A stretch of DNA of 64,000 bases, from assembly GCA_028280115.1 (NCBI GenBank), contig JANQMJ010000021.1:85893-149892 (forward strand), read 5' to 3'. This DNA comes from Parvularculaceae bacterium. GTDB lineage: Bacteria; Pseudomonadota; Alphaproteobacteria; Caulobacterales; Parvularculaceae. The notes beneath the pieces are model-generated. The model ran no database searches and had not been told where the DNA came from. It saw nothing but the letters and a program-made list of their open reading frames with translations. Position 1 is the first letter of the stretch. Each line of letters opens with the position of its first letter. A program made the translations under genes and the position numbers. Shown here piece after piece: positions 47,935-60,008 of this stretch.

Positions 47935-48944
47935 CCGCCGCCGATTTGCCCCGCCAGCGCCTGGGCCAATGGCGGCAGGCCGAGCGCCATGGCGACGCTG
48001 ATCACCAGACCGATAAACGCTTTGAGCGCATCCGAGCCGACGATTTTCGCCGTCTGGCCAGTCGTGCGCACTTTTTCGATGCTCGCAATGGCGAATTCGC
48101 GCCCCGCGAGCAGACCGAGGAACACCCACGTCGTCGACATGGGAATATTGCTCATTTCCTTGAAGAAAAACAGCAGCGACGCATAGGTGAAATCGATAAT
48201 CGTCGCAGAGCGTATGTCTGTGACATTGGTTTTCGATTTCAAAATACGCTGAACCGGACCGCCTTTGTTCCAAAAGGTATAGCCCAAGAGCAGGATGATG
48301 ACGCCGACCGCCGCGGCGGCTTCGTAGTGGTTCAGCGCCGCCGCGCCGTTGGCATCTGTCCCCCGCGGCAGATAGATGAAGATGTTGGCGAAGTCCTGCA
48401 TCAGCCAGACCGACCAAAGATATCCCGTGGTGATCCACTGCAGGAGCACCCAGATCGGAGCGCGCTGCTGCGCGGCGGTTTTTAAAAACCAGCGCTCCAG
48501 CGACGGCGCCAGGATGACGTAAATCACGCCGCCGGTGACAAAAGCGACGCCGTAACCCATCAGCGATTTTGCGAGCATGCTCTGCAGGCCGCCCATGGTG
48601 GCGAAAATCGTCAGCACCATAAATGTCGTGGAGACAGGGATGCCGAACCGCGTCAGGACCAAGAGCATCAGCGGCGGCACCGCATGATACCATTGGGGTT
48701 GAAAAATCGGATATTTTTCCGTGTTGCTGAGGCGCCCGAATGACGGATCGCCGTCATTGGCCATGTATCCGAAAGCGAAAACGACAGCGAGCACTGTCGC
48801 GGCGTATAGAAACAGCGCCCACCAAGGCAGGCGGCGGTTCGAATTAATGAACGTGCCGAGCGTCTGCAGTGCGTCGTTGCCGACCACCGCATAGGCCGCA
48901 AAGAAGAAGCCGAGCGCCGCCCATAAACCGATATCGATTTCCAT
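47931..48944 (-). CDS. hypothetical polytopic membrane protein
   Basis: 337 aa with about 9-10 hydrophobic segments. It reads as a membrane protein, whereas the overlapping same-strand frame 47485..48693 is Arg-rich junk. A PiT-like transporter is possible, but no clear signature was seen. Confidence 0.6.
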   Translation of the reverse strand: MEIDIGLWAALGFFFAAYAVVGNDALQTLGTFINSNRRLPWWALFLYAATVLAVVFAFGYMANDGDPSFGRLSNTEKYPIFQPQWYHAVPPLMLLVLTRFGIPVSTTFMVLTIFATMGGLQSMLAKSLMGYGVAFVTGGVIYVILAPSLERWFLKTAAQQRAPIWVLLQWITTGYLWSVWLMQDFANIFIYLPRGTDANGAAALNHYEAAAAVGVIILLLGYTFWNKGGPVQRILKSKTNVTDIRSATIIDFTYASLLFFFKEMSNIPMSTTWVFLGLLAGREFAIASIEKVRTTGQTAKIVGSDALKAFIGLVISVAMALGLPPLAQALAGQIGGG

Positions 48945-49090
48945 GAAGTTCCTCGCGGGAAGACGGGGCGCCGGGGCGCGTTTTAGGCGGACTCGCGGGG
49001 CACCCTCTATTTTTTATGTTTCATATTTGTGACAAGACATAAGAAAACCGGGAAATGGCCAAAACCGTCGGCACAGACTAGAGAACCGCG

Positions 49091-50149
49091 ATGGGCAATG
49101 ACGCAACAGGATCGACGACGCGCGACGTAGCGCCAGCCGGTCATCCCGACATCAATCAGGGACGCATCGGCGTTCTCCTTGTTAATCTCGGCACGCCCGA
49201 TGCGCCGACGCCCGCCGCCGTGCGCCGATACTTGCGCGAATTTCTAAGCGATGCGCGCGTCGTTGATGTGCCCCGCCTCTTGTGGCTGCCGATTCTTTAC
49301 GGCGTTATCTTGAATATCCGGCCGGCCGCAACGGCGCGGAACTATGCCAGCATCTGGCGGCGGGAAAGCAATGAATCTCCTCTGCGCCATTACACCCGCG
49401 CGCAGGCCGAAGGCGCAGCAAAGGCGTTTGGAAATCTACTCACCATCGACTGGGCCATGCGATATGGCGAGCCGTCGGTCGCCGCGCGCATAATCGCGCT
49501 CAAAGAGGCGGGCTGCGACCGCATTCTGGTTGTTCCGCTGTATCCGCAATATTCCGCAACGACCACTGCGAGCGTCGCCGATACCGTCTTCGCCGCGCTT
49601 AGGTCCATGCGCTGGCAGCCGGCGCTGCGCATCGCGCCCGCCTTTTACGACGATCCGGCCTATATTCATGCGCTCGCCGTCGCAGCGCGCCGGCGGCTAG
49701 CGGCGATCGACTGGACGCCGGAACATGTCATTCTTTCGTTTCACGGTCTGCCCCAGCGCTATTTCGACGCCGGCGATCCTTATTATTGTCATTGCGCCAA
49801 GACCGCGCGGCTGTTGCGCGAGACCATGGGCTGGACGGAAGCGTTCGCGCCCATGACATTTCAGTCGAAATTCGGCCGGGGAAAATGGCTCGAACCGGCG
49901 GCCGAGGAAACCATTGAGCGCCTGGCGAACGAAGGAGTGAAAAAGCTCGTCGTCATGACCCCCGGCTTCGTTTCGGACTGCATTGAAACGCTTGAAGAAA
50001 TCGACATCCGCGCGCGCGAGGTCTTCACCCGCGCCGGCGGCGAATGTTTCGATTTCATCCCCTGCCTCAATGACAGGCCCGAGATGATTGCGCTTCTGGA
50101 AAAGATCGTTCGGCGCGAAACCGCCGGGTGGATAGAGTCGGCGGCGTAA
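49091..50149 (+). CDS. hemH: ferrochelatase
   Basis: GVLLVNLGTPD, PLYPQYSATTT, SFHGLPQRY, and FVSDCIETLEEI. Confidence 0.93.
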   Translation: MGNDATGSTTRDVAPAGHPDINQGRIGVLLVNLGTPDAPTPAAVRRYLREFLSDARVVDVPRLLWLPILYGVILNIRPAATARNYASIWRRESNESPLRHYTRAQAEGAAKAFGNLLTIDWAMRYGEPSVAARIIALKEAGCDRILVVPLYPQYSATTTASVADTVFAALRSMRWQPALRIAPAFYDDPAYIHALAVAARRRLAAIDWTPEHVILSFHGLPQRYFDAGDPYYCHCAKTARLLRETMGWTEAFAPMTFQSKFGRGKWLEPAAEETIERLANEGVKKLVVMTPGFVSDCIETLEEIDIRAREVFTRAGGECFDFIPCLNDRPEMIALLEKIVRRETAGWIESAA

Positions 50150-50224
50150 AACCAAGCAAACAGGGCGCGCGCATCATAATGCGATGTAACCAGCCGCCAG
50201 CGTTTCGAGCGTGCGAGCGCCGGA

Positions 50225-50833
50225 TTATTGCGCTCCTTTTTCCATCTTTTCCCGAGCGGCATCAAGCTCAGGCCATAATCTTTTCATTGTGGCCATCAAG
50301 CTGTTTGCAGATTTGATCACTGTTTCTACGGATTCGGAAAGCGGCTTTTTCGCGATTGCTGTATGCGTGCCTTCCGTTTCATATTCATCCCTGAAGTAAT
50401 CCCAATCGTCATAGGCGCGCGCAAAACGATTATTCAATGGAACGCCGGTCGCCTTTAACTCGATCAGGGAAGATACAAGAGCGTCGTATTCTATTGGCAT
50501 ATATTGAATGACTATATCGACGCTTGTGTAGTCAGATGACGGCGTCAGTTTATAAACGCACCAAAATCTCTCTTCATTTCTCCCGGCGCCGCGGCCTTCA
50601 AGGCCGCCTCTGAGAACTTCCGGGTCGCGATCTAATTGCGGCAATCCTTCAACCGCCACATGGACGATCATCGGGCTTGTTTCTTTTTCGACTAGGCCAA
50701 TGATGACCGTCGCATCGGGCGACGGCGCATCTTTGAATCCCCACGCTTGCCCTGGCTTTATATCAATGGCTTGCGCCGCAGCGGTCTGACCTAGAAATGC
50801 CCCTATCAAAAATATCAGGGCCGCAAATCGCAT
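50225..50833 (-). CDS. hypothetical secreted protein
   Basis: Signal peptide MRFAALIFLIGAFLGQTAAAQA. AT-richer than its neighbours. No motif recognised. Confidence 0.55.
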   Translation of the reverse strand: MRFAALIFLIGAFLGQTAAAQAIDIKPGQAWGFKDAPSPDATVIIGLVEKETSPMIVHVAVEGLPQLDRDPEVLRGGLEGRGAGRNEERFWCVYKLTPSSDYTSVDIVIQYMPIEYDALVSSLIELKATGVPLNNRFARAYDDWDYFRDEYETEGTHTAIAKKPLSESVETVIKSANSLMATMKRLWPELDAAREKMEKGAQ

Positions 50834-50859
50834 AAGCGCCCTCCAAGCCTTGGACAGCT

Positions 50860-51906
50860 CTATTTCACCGCTTCACGCGTTGCGTCCAAAAACGCGTTGA
50901 CTTCTTCTTCCGTCGTGTTGAAGGAACAGATCAGGCGCTGCATCCGCCCGCCGGCGGGATCGCCCGGCGTCACCCAGGGATAAAACACCGCGCCCTGCTT
51001 TCGCAGCCTTTCGGCCGCGCCCTCGGGAAAGACCGCGAACACTTCATTGATCTGGGTCGGGTAGGAAATTTCAACCCCGTCAATGGCGGCAAGGCCGTCG
51101 GACAGTTTTTTCGCCATGGCGTTGGCGCGCGAAGCAAGTTTGATCCATGTGCCGTCTTCAAGATAGGCCTCGAACTGGGCCGCAACGAACCGCATTTTCG
51201 ACAACAGATGGCCGGCGCGTTTGCGGCGAAATTCGAAATCCTTCGCCTTATTCTTGTCGAAGAAAACCACCGCCTCGGCGGCGATGCAGCCGTTCTTCGT
51301 ACCGCCGAAGCAAAGAACGTCGACCCCGGCGCGCCATGTCATGTCCGCCGGGCTGGCGCCGGTTGCGACGATGGCGTTGGCGAAACGCGCGCCATCCATA
51401 TGCACGCTCATGTCCGCGTCATGCGCCGTATCGCACAACGCTCTGACCTCGGCGACGGAGTATACCGTTCCGCACTCGGTTCCTTGGGTCAGCGACAGAA
51501 TGCTCGGCGGCGCGCCGTGCGGCGGGCGGTGGGGAAACCCCGCCAGGGTCTCTTTGACCGCCTCGGGCGTTAATTTGCCGGCGGGCCCGGCGACGGGAAC
51601 GAGCTTGGCGCCGCCGGAGAAAAATTCCGGGCCCGCGCATTCGTCCATCTGCACATGGCTTTCTTCCTGGCACAGAACCATGCCGTAAGGCGGTCCGATG
51701 ACCGACAGGGCGAGCCCGTTGGCCGCGCCGCCGGTCGCCACGAAATAGGCGGCGCAATCCTTTTCAAAGAGTTCGCAGAATTCTTCTTCGGCGTCCTTAG
51801 TCCACTCGTCGGCGCCATAGGAGGGCGCATGGCCTTCATTTACGCGGGCGATCGCGTCGAGGATTTCCGGCGCCGCGCCGGCCCAATTGTCCGAGGCGAA
51901 ATTCAT
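50860..51906 (-). CDS. ltaE: low-specificity L-threonine aldolase
   Basis: Trimmed to MNFASDNWAGAAPEIL. PLP-lysine context FGGTKNG. Confidence 0.88.
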   Translation of the reverse strand: MNFASDNWAGAAPEILDAIARVNEGHAPSYGADEWTKDAEEEFCELFEKDCAAYFVATGGAANGLALSVIGPPYGMVLCQEESHVQMDECAGPEFFSGGAKLVPVAGPAGKLTPEAVKETLAGFPHRPPHGAPPSILSLTQGTECGTVYSVAEVRALCDTAHDADMSVHMDGARFANAIVATGASPADMTWRAGVDVLCFGGTKNGCIAAEAVVFFDKNKAKDFEFRRKRAGHLLSKMRFVAAQFEAYLEDGTWIKLASRANAMAKKLSDGLAAIDGVEISYPTQINEVFAVFPEGAAERLRKQGAVFYPWVTPGDPAGGRMQRLICSFNTTEEEVNAFLDATREAVK

Positions 51907-52126
51907 AAGGCTCCTTGTCCTCGACGCAACCGATCCGGTCAATAGGGTCTTGGCGTTATACGGGCGCCGGGCTGGCGCGTCAGGACTTTGGCGCGCAACC
52001 AACGCATGGCTGCGCATTTCATGACGTTTTACGGTCTGATTGTCTTTGATCCGTGTCGCCAATAACTAGTCGCCGCCGCGAAACCCCGCGCAATGCCTTT
52101 CATGTCGGCGATTGCAGTCCGCGCTG

Positions 52127-52153
52127 TAAAAAAGGCCGCCGCGGCGGCCTTTT
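52127..52153 (-). terminator. intrinsic terminator downstream of hppA
   Basis: GGCCGCCGCGGCGGCC GC-palindrome flanked by A6 and T5. On the minus strand the hairpin is followed by TTTTTT, 30 nt after the stop. Confidence 0.7.
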
Positions 52154-52183
52154 TGATGTGCGTTCGAGGGCGGGTGCAAACAC

Positions 52184-54361
52184 CTAGCTGGCAAGCCAGG
52201 CGAGCAACAAGAGCGCCACGATATTGGTGATCTTGATCATCGGGTTGACCGCCGGACCTGCGGTATCCTTGTAAGGATCGCCGACCGTATCGCCGGTGAC
52301 GGCCGCCTTGTGGGCTTCCGAGCCCTTGCCGCCGTGATTGCCGTCTTCGATGTATTTTTTGGCGTTGTCCCAGGCGCCGCCGCCGGCGGTCATGGAAATC
52401 GCCACGAACAGCCCGGTGACGATGACGCCCATCAGCATGGCGCCCACGGCGGACAGGGCTGCGGACCGGTCCGCGACAAGCTCTACAAGAAAATACAGCG
52501 CCAGGGGCGACAGGATCGGGATCATCGACGGGACCACCATCTCCTTGATCGCCGCGCCGGTCAGAAGGTTGACCGCCTTGGCGTAGTCCGGTCTTTCGGT
52601 TCCCTGCATGATGCCGGGTTTTTCGCGGAACTGCCGGCGCACCTCCTCAACAATGGCGCCGGCGGCGCGGCCGACCGACATCATGGCCCTCGATCCGAAA
52701 AGGTAAGGCAAGAGCCCGCCGACGAAGAGCCCGACGACCACGTATGGATTAGACAGCGAGAAGTTGATGGCGATGTCGGCGAATCTGGGAAACTCCTCCG
52801 GGTGGTCCACAAAGTGGTTTATGTCCTCCGTATACGCCGCAAACAGAACCAGCGCGCCGAGGCCCGCCGAGCCGATGGCGTAGCCCTTGGTGACGGCCTT
52901 GGTGGTGTTGCCGACGGCGTCAAGCGCGTCGGTGGTGTCGCGCACCGAGCCTTCAAGGCCCGACATTTCCGCGATGCCGCCGGCGTTGTCGGTCACCGGC
53001 CCGAAGGCGTCGAGCGCGACGATCATGCCGGCGAGCGCCAGCATGGTCGTGACCGCGGTGGCGATGCCGTAAAGGCCAGCCAGGGAATAGGCCGTCACGA
53101 TGCCGACGACGATGACGAGCGCGGGCAGGGCGGTCGCTTCCATCGACACGGCAAGGCCCTGAATGACATTCGTGGCGTGACCGGTTTCGGACGCGGCGGC
53201 CACGGACTTGACCGGCCGGAAGCCGGTGCCGGTGTAATATTCCGTGATCCAAACGATAAGCCCGGTGACGACAAGGCCTAGGACGCCGCATAGAAAGAGG
53301 CTTAATCCGGTAAACGGATCGCCGGTGGAAGTCCGGCCAATCTCTTCGGCGAAACCGAAAATCTGAAACGTGACGCCGGCGATGGCGACCAGGGAAAGAA
53401 CCCCGGTGATCACGAGGCCCTTGTAGAGCGCGCCCATGATATTGGTCGATCCCTTGCCGAGGCGCACGCCGAACGTGCCGATGATCGACGTGACGATGCA
53501 CACCGCCCCGATCGCCAGCGGATAGAACATAAACGGGCTGACGACGTCGGCCACATAGGCGCTGACTTCTTCGGGGGGAAGCTTTGCGAGCACAGCGGCT
53601 TCGGGCACGAAGATGATCGAGCCCAGAACCATGGTCGCGGCCACGGTGACCACATAGGTCTCAAAAAGGTCCGCCGCCATGCCGGCGCAGTCGCCGACAT
53701 TATCGCCCACATTGTCGGCGATGGTCGCGGGGTTGCGCGGATCGTCTTCGGGAATGCCCGCTTCGATCTTGCCGACCATATCGCCGCCCACATCAGCGCC
53801 CTTGGTGAAGATGCCGCCGCCAAGACGGGCGAAGACCGAAATCAGCGAGGCGCCGAGGGACAGAGCGATGAGGCCGGTAACGACGGTCCGGCTTTGCGGC
53901 GCCTCGCCCATGCCTACGGTAAGCGCAACGTAATAAACGGTCAGGCCCAACAGGGCGAGGCCCGCCACCAGCATGCCCGTCACCGCGCCGGCGCGGAACG
54001 CAACCGAAAGGCCCTTGGCGAGACTTTCGCTCGCCGCCTGGGTGGTGCGCACATTGGCGCGCACCGACACCAGCATGCCGATGAAGCCCGCCAGGCCGGA
54101 TAAAATCGCGCCCAGCGCGAACCCGACCGCCGCGTGAAGTTTCAGCGCCACGAGAAGAATGAGAAAGACGATGGCGCCGGCGCTGGCGATGGTGATGTAT
54201 TGCCGCCGCAGATAGGCGCTGGCGCCTTCCTGAATGGCGCCGGCGATTTCCCGCATGCGCTCCGAGCCCGCAGGCAGGGATAAAACCGAATTGACGGTGA
54301 AGACGCCATAACCGATGGCGGCCAAGCCGGCCAGAATGACCAACCAAAGCGATATGCTCAT
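52184..54361 (-). CDS. hppA: K+-insensitive H+-translocating pyrophosphatase
   Basis: Trimmed to [33 protein letters not shown](M)VGK and DNVGDNVGD motifs. GNTTKA (Lys rather than Ala) marks the K+-independent subfamily. Confidence 0.95.
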   Translation of the reverse strand: MSISLWLVILAGLAAIGYGVFTVNSVLSLPAGSERMREIAGAIQEGASAYLRRQYITIASAGAIVFLILLVALKLHAAVGFALGAILSGLAGFIGMLVSVRANVRTTQAASESLAKGLSVAFRAGAVTGMLVAGLALLGLTVYYVALTVGMGEAPQSRTVVTGLIALSLGASLISVFARLGGGIFTKGADVGGDMVGKIEAGIPEDDPRNPATIADNVGDNVGDCAGMAADLFETYVVTVAATMVLGSIIFVPEAAVLAKLPPEEVSAYVADVVSPFMFYPLAIGAVCIVTSIIGTFGVRLGKGSTNIMGALYKGLVITGVLSLVAIAGVTFQIFGFAEEIGRTSTGDPFTGLSLFLCGVLGLVVTGLIVWITEYYTGTGFRPVKSVAAASETGHATNVIQGLAVSMEATALPALVIVVGIVTAYSLAGLYGIATAVTTMLALAGMIVALDAFGPVTDNAGGIAEMSGLEGSVRDTTDALDAVGNTTKAVTKGYAIGSAGLGALVLFAAYTEDINHFVDHPEEFPRFADIAINFSLSNPYVVVGLFVGGLLPYLFGSRAMMSVGRAAGAIVEEVRRQFREKPGIMQGTERPDYAKAVNLLTGAAIKEMVVPSMIPILSPLALYFLVELVADRSAALSAVGAMLMGVIVTGLFVAISMTAGGGAWDNAKKYIEDGNHGGKGSEAHKAAVTGDTVGDPYKDTAGPAVNPMIKITNIVALLLLAWLAS

Positions 54362-54571
54362 TTTATGCCTTTCCTGGAATTTGTATGAGTGATCGCTGGT
54401 ATGGCCGCGGCTTCGCGTTATACGCGCGCGCGCTTCAACCAGTCCCCATTTTGATGTCGGCGCGGAAACTGGCAAAGCTGCAGTGCAAAATCAACTGAAA
54501 GTTGCCTGCCTGCGGCAGTCCGCGCGCACTCGCCTATGCGGCGGATGGAAGTGGTTCGAAGGAGGGCCGGT

Positions 54572-55369
54572 TCAGGCTGCGCGAGCGCGGGTCGCCTGGC
54601 GTTCGGCCGATTCGGCGTCGGTCAGCGCCTTAACCCAGGGATAGCGCACGGCCATTTCATCCGTGTAACCAAGGTTACGCGCCGTTGCGCTGCGCGGACG
54701 CTCTTCCGTTTCTTTGTAGAAGGTCCCGAAAAGCCGATCCCAGAAAAACTCGGCGATGCCGAAATTGCCCGTTTCGTCATGGAAATGATGCGCTAAATGG
54801 CGCTGTTTCATGTCCTTCCAGAATTTCGATTTGGGTTCAAAAGCAAGATGTTCGCCCGCATGCATGAACTCCGTAAAACAGGTCATGATGAGCGTGCCGG
54901 CGATGGCGCACAGCGCCCCCGAAAAACCGCCGATCAGCCATCCTAACGGACCCGAAACGACCAAAATCGTCGGCAAAGTCGTATGCAGGCCGCCAAAAAG
55001 CACGGATAAATCGTTGGGGTAGCGGTGGTGATCGTAATGCACCCGCTTCCACAGGCTGGCGAGATGGGGGGATTTATACATCCACGAGCCGTGCAGAACG
55101 AAACGGTGGATCAGATACCAGGCAAACGGAAACAAGAGCGCGCCGGCCGTCAAGGCCGCTAAAAACAGCCATACCGACGTGGCCGTCGCCACCCCCGCCG
55201 CCAGGCAGACGACGATCAGCGCCGCATAGACCTGAATGGCCGGATAGGTGACATAAGCCCGCACGAGATCCTTAAAATCCATGCGGTTGAGGAGATATTC
55301 CTCAGCCTTCCAGGCCTTGTAACCGACGAAAAGACGCATTCTTGGGTTGTTCCTGCGATTCATTCGCAA
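54572..55369 (-). CDS. fatty-acid hydroxylase / sterol-desaturase superfamily membrane protein
   Basis: Three His boxes: HRFVLH, HYDHH and HLAHHFH. Several TM segments. Divergent from the sphingolipid-type operon. Confidence 0.8.
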   Translation of the reverse strand: MRMNRRNNPRMRLFVGYKAWKAEEYLLNRMDFKDLVRAYVTYPAIQVYAALIVVCLAAGVATATSVWLFLAALTAGALLFPFAWYLIHRFVLHGSWMYKSPHLASLWKRVHYDHHRYPNDLSVLFGGLHTTLPTILVVSGPLGWLIGGFSGALCAIAGTLIMTCFTEFMHAGEHLAFEPKSKFWKDMKQRHLAHHFHDETGNFGIAEFFWDRLFGTFYKETEERPRSATARNLGYTDEMAVRYPWVKALTDAESAERQATRARAA

Positions 55370-55692
55370 CGCATCAAAAGCGATGCTGGCGCGAAACTAA
55401 GCGCCATGGGCCATGACATCAAGCGTCACATTCCAGCGATCATCAAAGGGGCCCGCGATCTGTAACATCCGCCTGCAATTATTGATGCAGCGCGAAACCG
55501 GCGAGGCTTGCTCGTTGACCTAAGGCCTTGTATCGGCTCAAGATCACGCCGCGCGCCTGTTATCGGCAAAGATGAAGGACTTTGCCGCCGCATCGGGCGC
55601 TGAGACGAGGCTTGGGGTGCGTGCGTCTTGGGGGATGGGCGCATGCGCAGGACAGTAGACCGGCTTAAAACCGGTCGAGTGCGGGGGCGTTG

Positions 55693-57480
<1,788 letters not shown>

Positions 57481-57482
57481 AA

Positions 57483-58409
57483 TTGCGCGCAGCCGTCACC
57501 GGGGGAACCGGATTTGTCGGCGCCGCCTTGATCGACGCGCTGCTCACCGAAGGGTGGGAAGTCGCTGCGCTGGCCCGCGATCCGAAAAAAATATCAGCAA
57601 GACCGCGTCTTAACGTCGTCGAAGGCGATCTTGAAAGCGCCGGCGCGCTTTTCAAGATTGTGCAGGATGCGGACGTTTTTTTCCATCTCGCCGGCGTTAC
57701 CCACGCCCGCCATGAGCGCGATTATATCACCGTGAATGTCGAAGGCGCGGCCTACGCCGCCGAAGCCTGCTTTGCGGCGGGCGTGAAGTTCATTCACGCT
57801 TCATCTCTTTCGGCGCGCGCGCCCGAAACGTCTTTTTATGCGCGCAGTAAATTCGAAAGCGAACAGGCGGTTCGCGCCGCGTGCGGCGGCACAGGCTGGA
57901 CCGCCCTGCGCCTGCCCGCAATTTACGGTCCTCGCGACCGGGCGACCCTGCCTTATTTCAAACTGGTCAAGGCCGGTTTCGCGCCCGAACCGAAAACCGA
58001 TCCGCCCGCCCGCGCCTCGTTGCTTTATGTCGAGGACGCCGCAGCGGCCCTTGCGGCGGCGCAAACCGCGCCCGGCGGCGCTGTTTACGACGTCGGCGAC
58101 GACGCGCCCGAAGGCCGCGCCTGGTCGGAAATCGGCGCGATTTTGGGCGCCGCCCTGGGCGCCGAGCCCCGGCGCATCCGCGCGCCCCGCGCGCCCATCG
58201 CGCTTTATTGCAGTTTGCTGCGGACGCTGGAGCGCGTTCTCGGGCGGAACCCGACGATGCGCCAAGGCCAGGTCGCCGAATTTTTCCATCCCGACTGGGT
58301 CGCCCGGGACAACCTCTTAACGGCCGCCTCGGACTGGCGGCCCGCAACGCCGCTTCAGGAAGGGTTTGCAAAAACCATTCGTTGGTATCAAGAAAGCGGT
58401 TTGCTATAA
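57483..58409 (+). CDS. NAD-dependent epimerase/dehydratase-family reductase (ceramide reductase CerR-like by context)
   Basis: TTG start 2 nt after the ligase stop. VTGGTGFVG Rossmann loop and YARSK (YxxxK). Confidence 0.75.
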   Translation: MRAAVTGGTGFVGAALIDALLTEGWEVAALARDPKKISARPRLNVVEGDLESAGALFKIVQDADVFFHLAGVTHARHERDYITVNVEGAAYAAEACFAAGVKFIHASSLSARAPETSFYARSKFESEQAVRAACGGTGWTALRLPAIYGPRDRATLPYFKLVKAGFAPEPKTDPPARASLLYVEDAAAALAAAQTAPGGAVYDVGDDAPEGRAWSEIGAILGAALGAEPRRIRAPRAPIALYCSLLRTLERVLGRNPTMRQGQVAEFFHPDWVARDNLLTAASDWRPATPLQEGFAKTIRWYQESGLL

Positions 58410-58443
58410 GCGCGAGATGCGCCTTTGCGTGAAGGAGATCAGC

Positions 58444-58707
58444 ATGTCCGGCATCCAGGAAGACGACGATCTCGTATTCCGGAAAGTTTGTTCGCTCCTT
58501 GACGCTTTGAACGACAAGGGCGTCAAGCTGACGCGGGAAACCGACCTGATCGCCGATCTGGAGATCGATTCTGTTTCCGTCCTCGATATTGTGATGGATA
58601 TCGAGGACAATTACGACATCTCGATTCCCGTGAACACCATCTCAGAAATCAAAACCATCGGCGAGCTTGTCGATGCGATTCACACGATCAAAAAAGAACA
58701 GTCCTAG
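58444..58707 (+). CDS. acyl carrier protein (dedicated)
   Basis: Trimmed to the ATG at 58444 with a GGAG RBS. 87 aa. Phosphopantetheine serine in LEIDSVSVLDIV. Confidence 0.85.
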   Translation: MSGIQEDDDLVFRKVCSLLDALNDKGVKLTRETDLIADLEIDSVSVLDIVMDIEDNYDISIPVNTISEIKTIGELVDAIHTIKKEQS

Positions 58708-58711
58708 TTCG

Positions 58712-59914
58712 ATGAGCCTTTTTGAAAAGTTCCAATCGACCGCCGCGCAGTATTACGCCCTGCGCGAAGAGACCGGGCGCGATCCGTTCGGCGTTTCGAT
58801 GGATGAGATGAAAGGTCCGACCCGGGCGATGGTGGACGGCAAGGAGATCGTCCTTGCGGGAACCAACAACTATCTCGGCCTCACATTCCAGGACGACGCC
58901 GTCGCGGCGGCGAAGACAGCTGTGGAGCGCTCCGGCACGGGCACGACGGGTTCGCGGTTCGCCAACGGAACATACGCCGCGCACCGTCAACTCGAACGCG
59001 ATCTCGCCGACTTCCTGGGCTACAAGCACTGCATCGTCTTTTCCACCGGCTATCAGGCCAATCTCGGCGCGATATCGGCGCTGGCCCGGCCGCCCGAGGA
59101 CGTCATTCTTATCGATGCAGACTGTCACGCGTGCATTTACGACGGCTGCCAGCTTTCCGGCGCGGAAACGGTGCGGTTTCGCCACAACGATCCGGAAAGC
59201 CTCGACAAGCGCCTCAAGCGGCTCGGCGCGGAGGTCAAAGGCAAGCTGGTGTGTATTGAAGGCATGTATTCCATGTTCGGCGACGTCGCGCCGGTGGGCG
59301 AATTCGTCGAGATCGCGCACCGGCACGGCGCCTATGTGCTGCTTGACGAAGCTCACTCCTTCGGCGTCTTCGGCGATGGCGGGCGCGGCGTATGCGAGCG
59401 CGACGGCGTGCTTCAATCCGTCGACTTTTACACCGGCACATTTTCAAAGAGCCTTGCGTCGATCGGCGGGTTCGTCGCCTCGAACCATCCCGAACTTGAA
59501 TATCTGCGCTTTTCAAGCCGGCCCTATATGTTCACCGCTTCGCCGTCGCCGGCCAACATCGCCGCGGCGGGCGCGGCGCTTGAAAAAATCTCGTCTGATC
59601 CCTCCTTGCGGGAGCGACTTTGGGACAACGCTAAGCGAATCCATGCGGCGTTCACGCAGCTTGGCTTCGAGCTGTGCGCGCCGGCCAGTCCCGTCATTGC
59701 GGCCAAACTCGCCAATCGGGAACAGGCCTTCATGGCGTGGAATTTTCTGATGGAAAACGGAGTTTACGTTAACCTGGCGATACCGCCCGGCACGCCAAAT
59801 GCAACTTCGATTCTTCGGTTGAGCGTATCCGCGGCGCATTCCGACGAGGACCTTGATGTCGTTGTGAGCGCCTACACGGCGCTGTCGGAGGCGCTGTCAC
59901 AAGAACAAAGATAG
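58712..59914 (+). CDS. spt: alpha-oxoamine synthase, serine palmitoyltransferase-like
   Basis: Trimmed to MSLFEKFQ, 4 nt after the acp stop. GSRFANGT, DEAHSFG, and PLP lysine in GTFSKSLASIGG. The Spt call (rather than BioF/Kbl) comes from context. Confidence 0.8.
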   Translation: MSLFEKFQSTAAQYYALREETGRDPFGVSMDEMKGPTRAMVDGKEIVLAGTNNYLGLTFQDDAVAAAKTAVERSGTGTTGSRFANGTYAAHRQLERDLADFLGYKHCIVFSTGYQANLGAISALARPPEDVILIDADCHACIYDGCQLSGAETVRFRHNDPESLDKRLKRLGAEVKGKLVCIEGMYSMFGDVAPVGEFVEIAHRHGAYVLLDEAHSFGVFGDGGRGVCERDGVLQSVDFYTGTFSKSLASIGGFVASNHPELEYLRFSSRPYMFTASPSPANIAAAGAALEKISSDPSLRERLWDNAKRIHAAFTQLGFELCAPASPVIAAKLANREQAFMAWNFLMENGVYVNLAIPPGTPNATSILRLSVSAAHSDEDLDVVVSAYTALSEALSQEQR

Positions 59915-60008
59915 GGACAGGCCGTTGCGTCGGTTCACATTCCCGTCAGGTCTGAAAACTTCACATTCCCGCCGCCTTTTTGGCGGAGGTTCCGTCTAAA
60001 AGGCTGTC

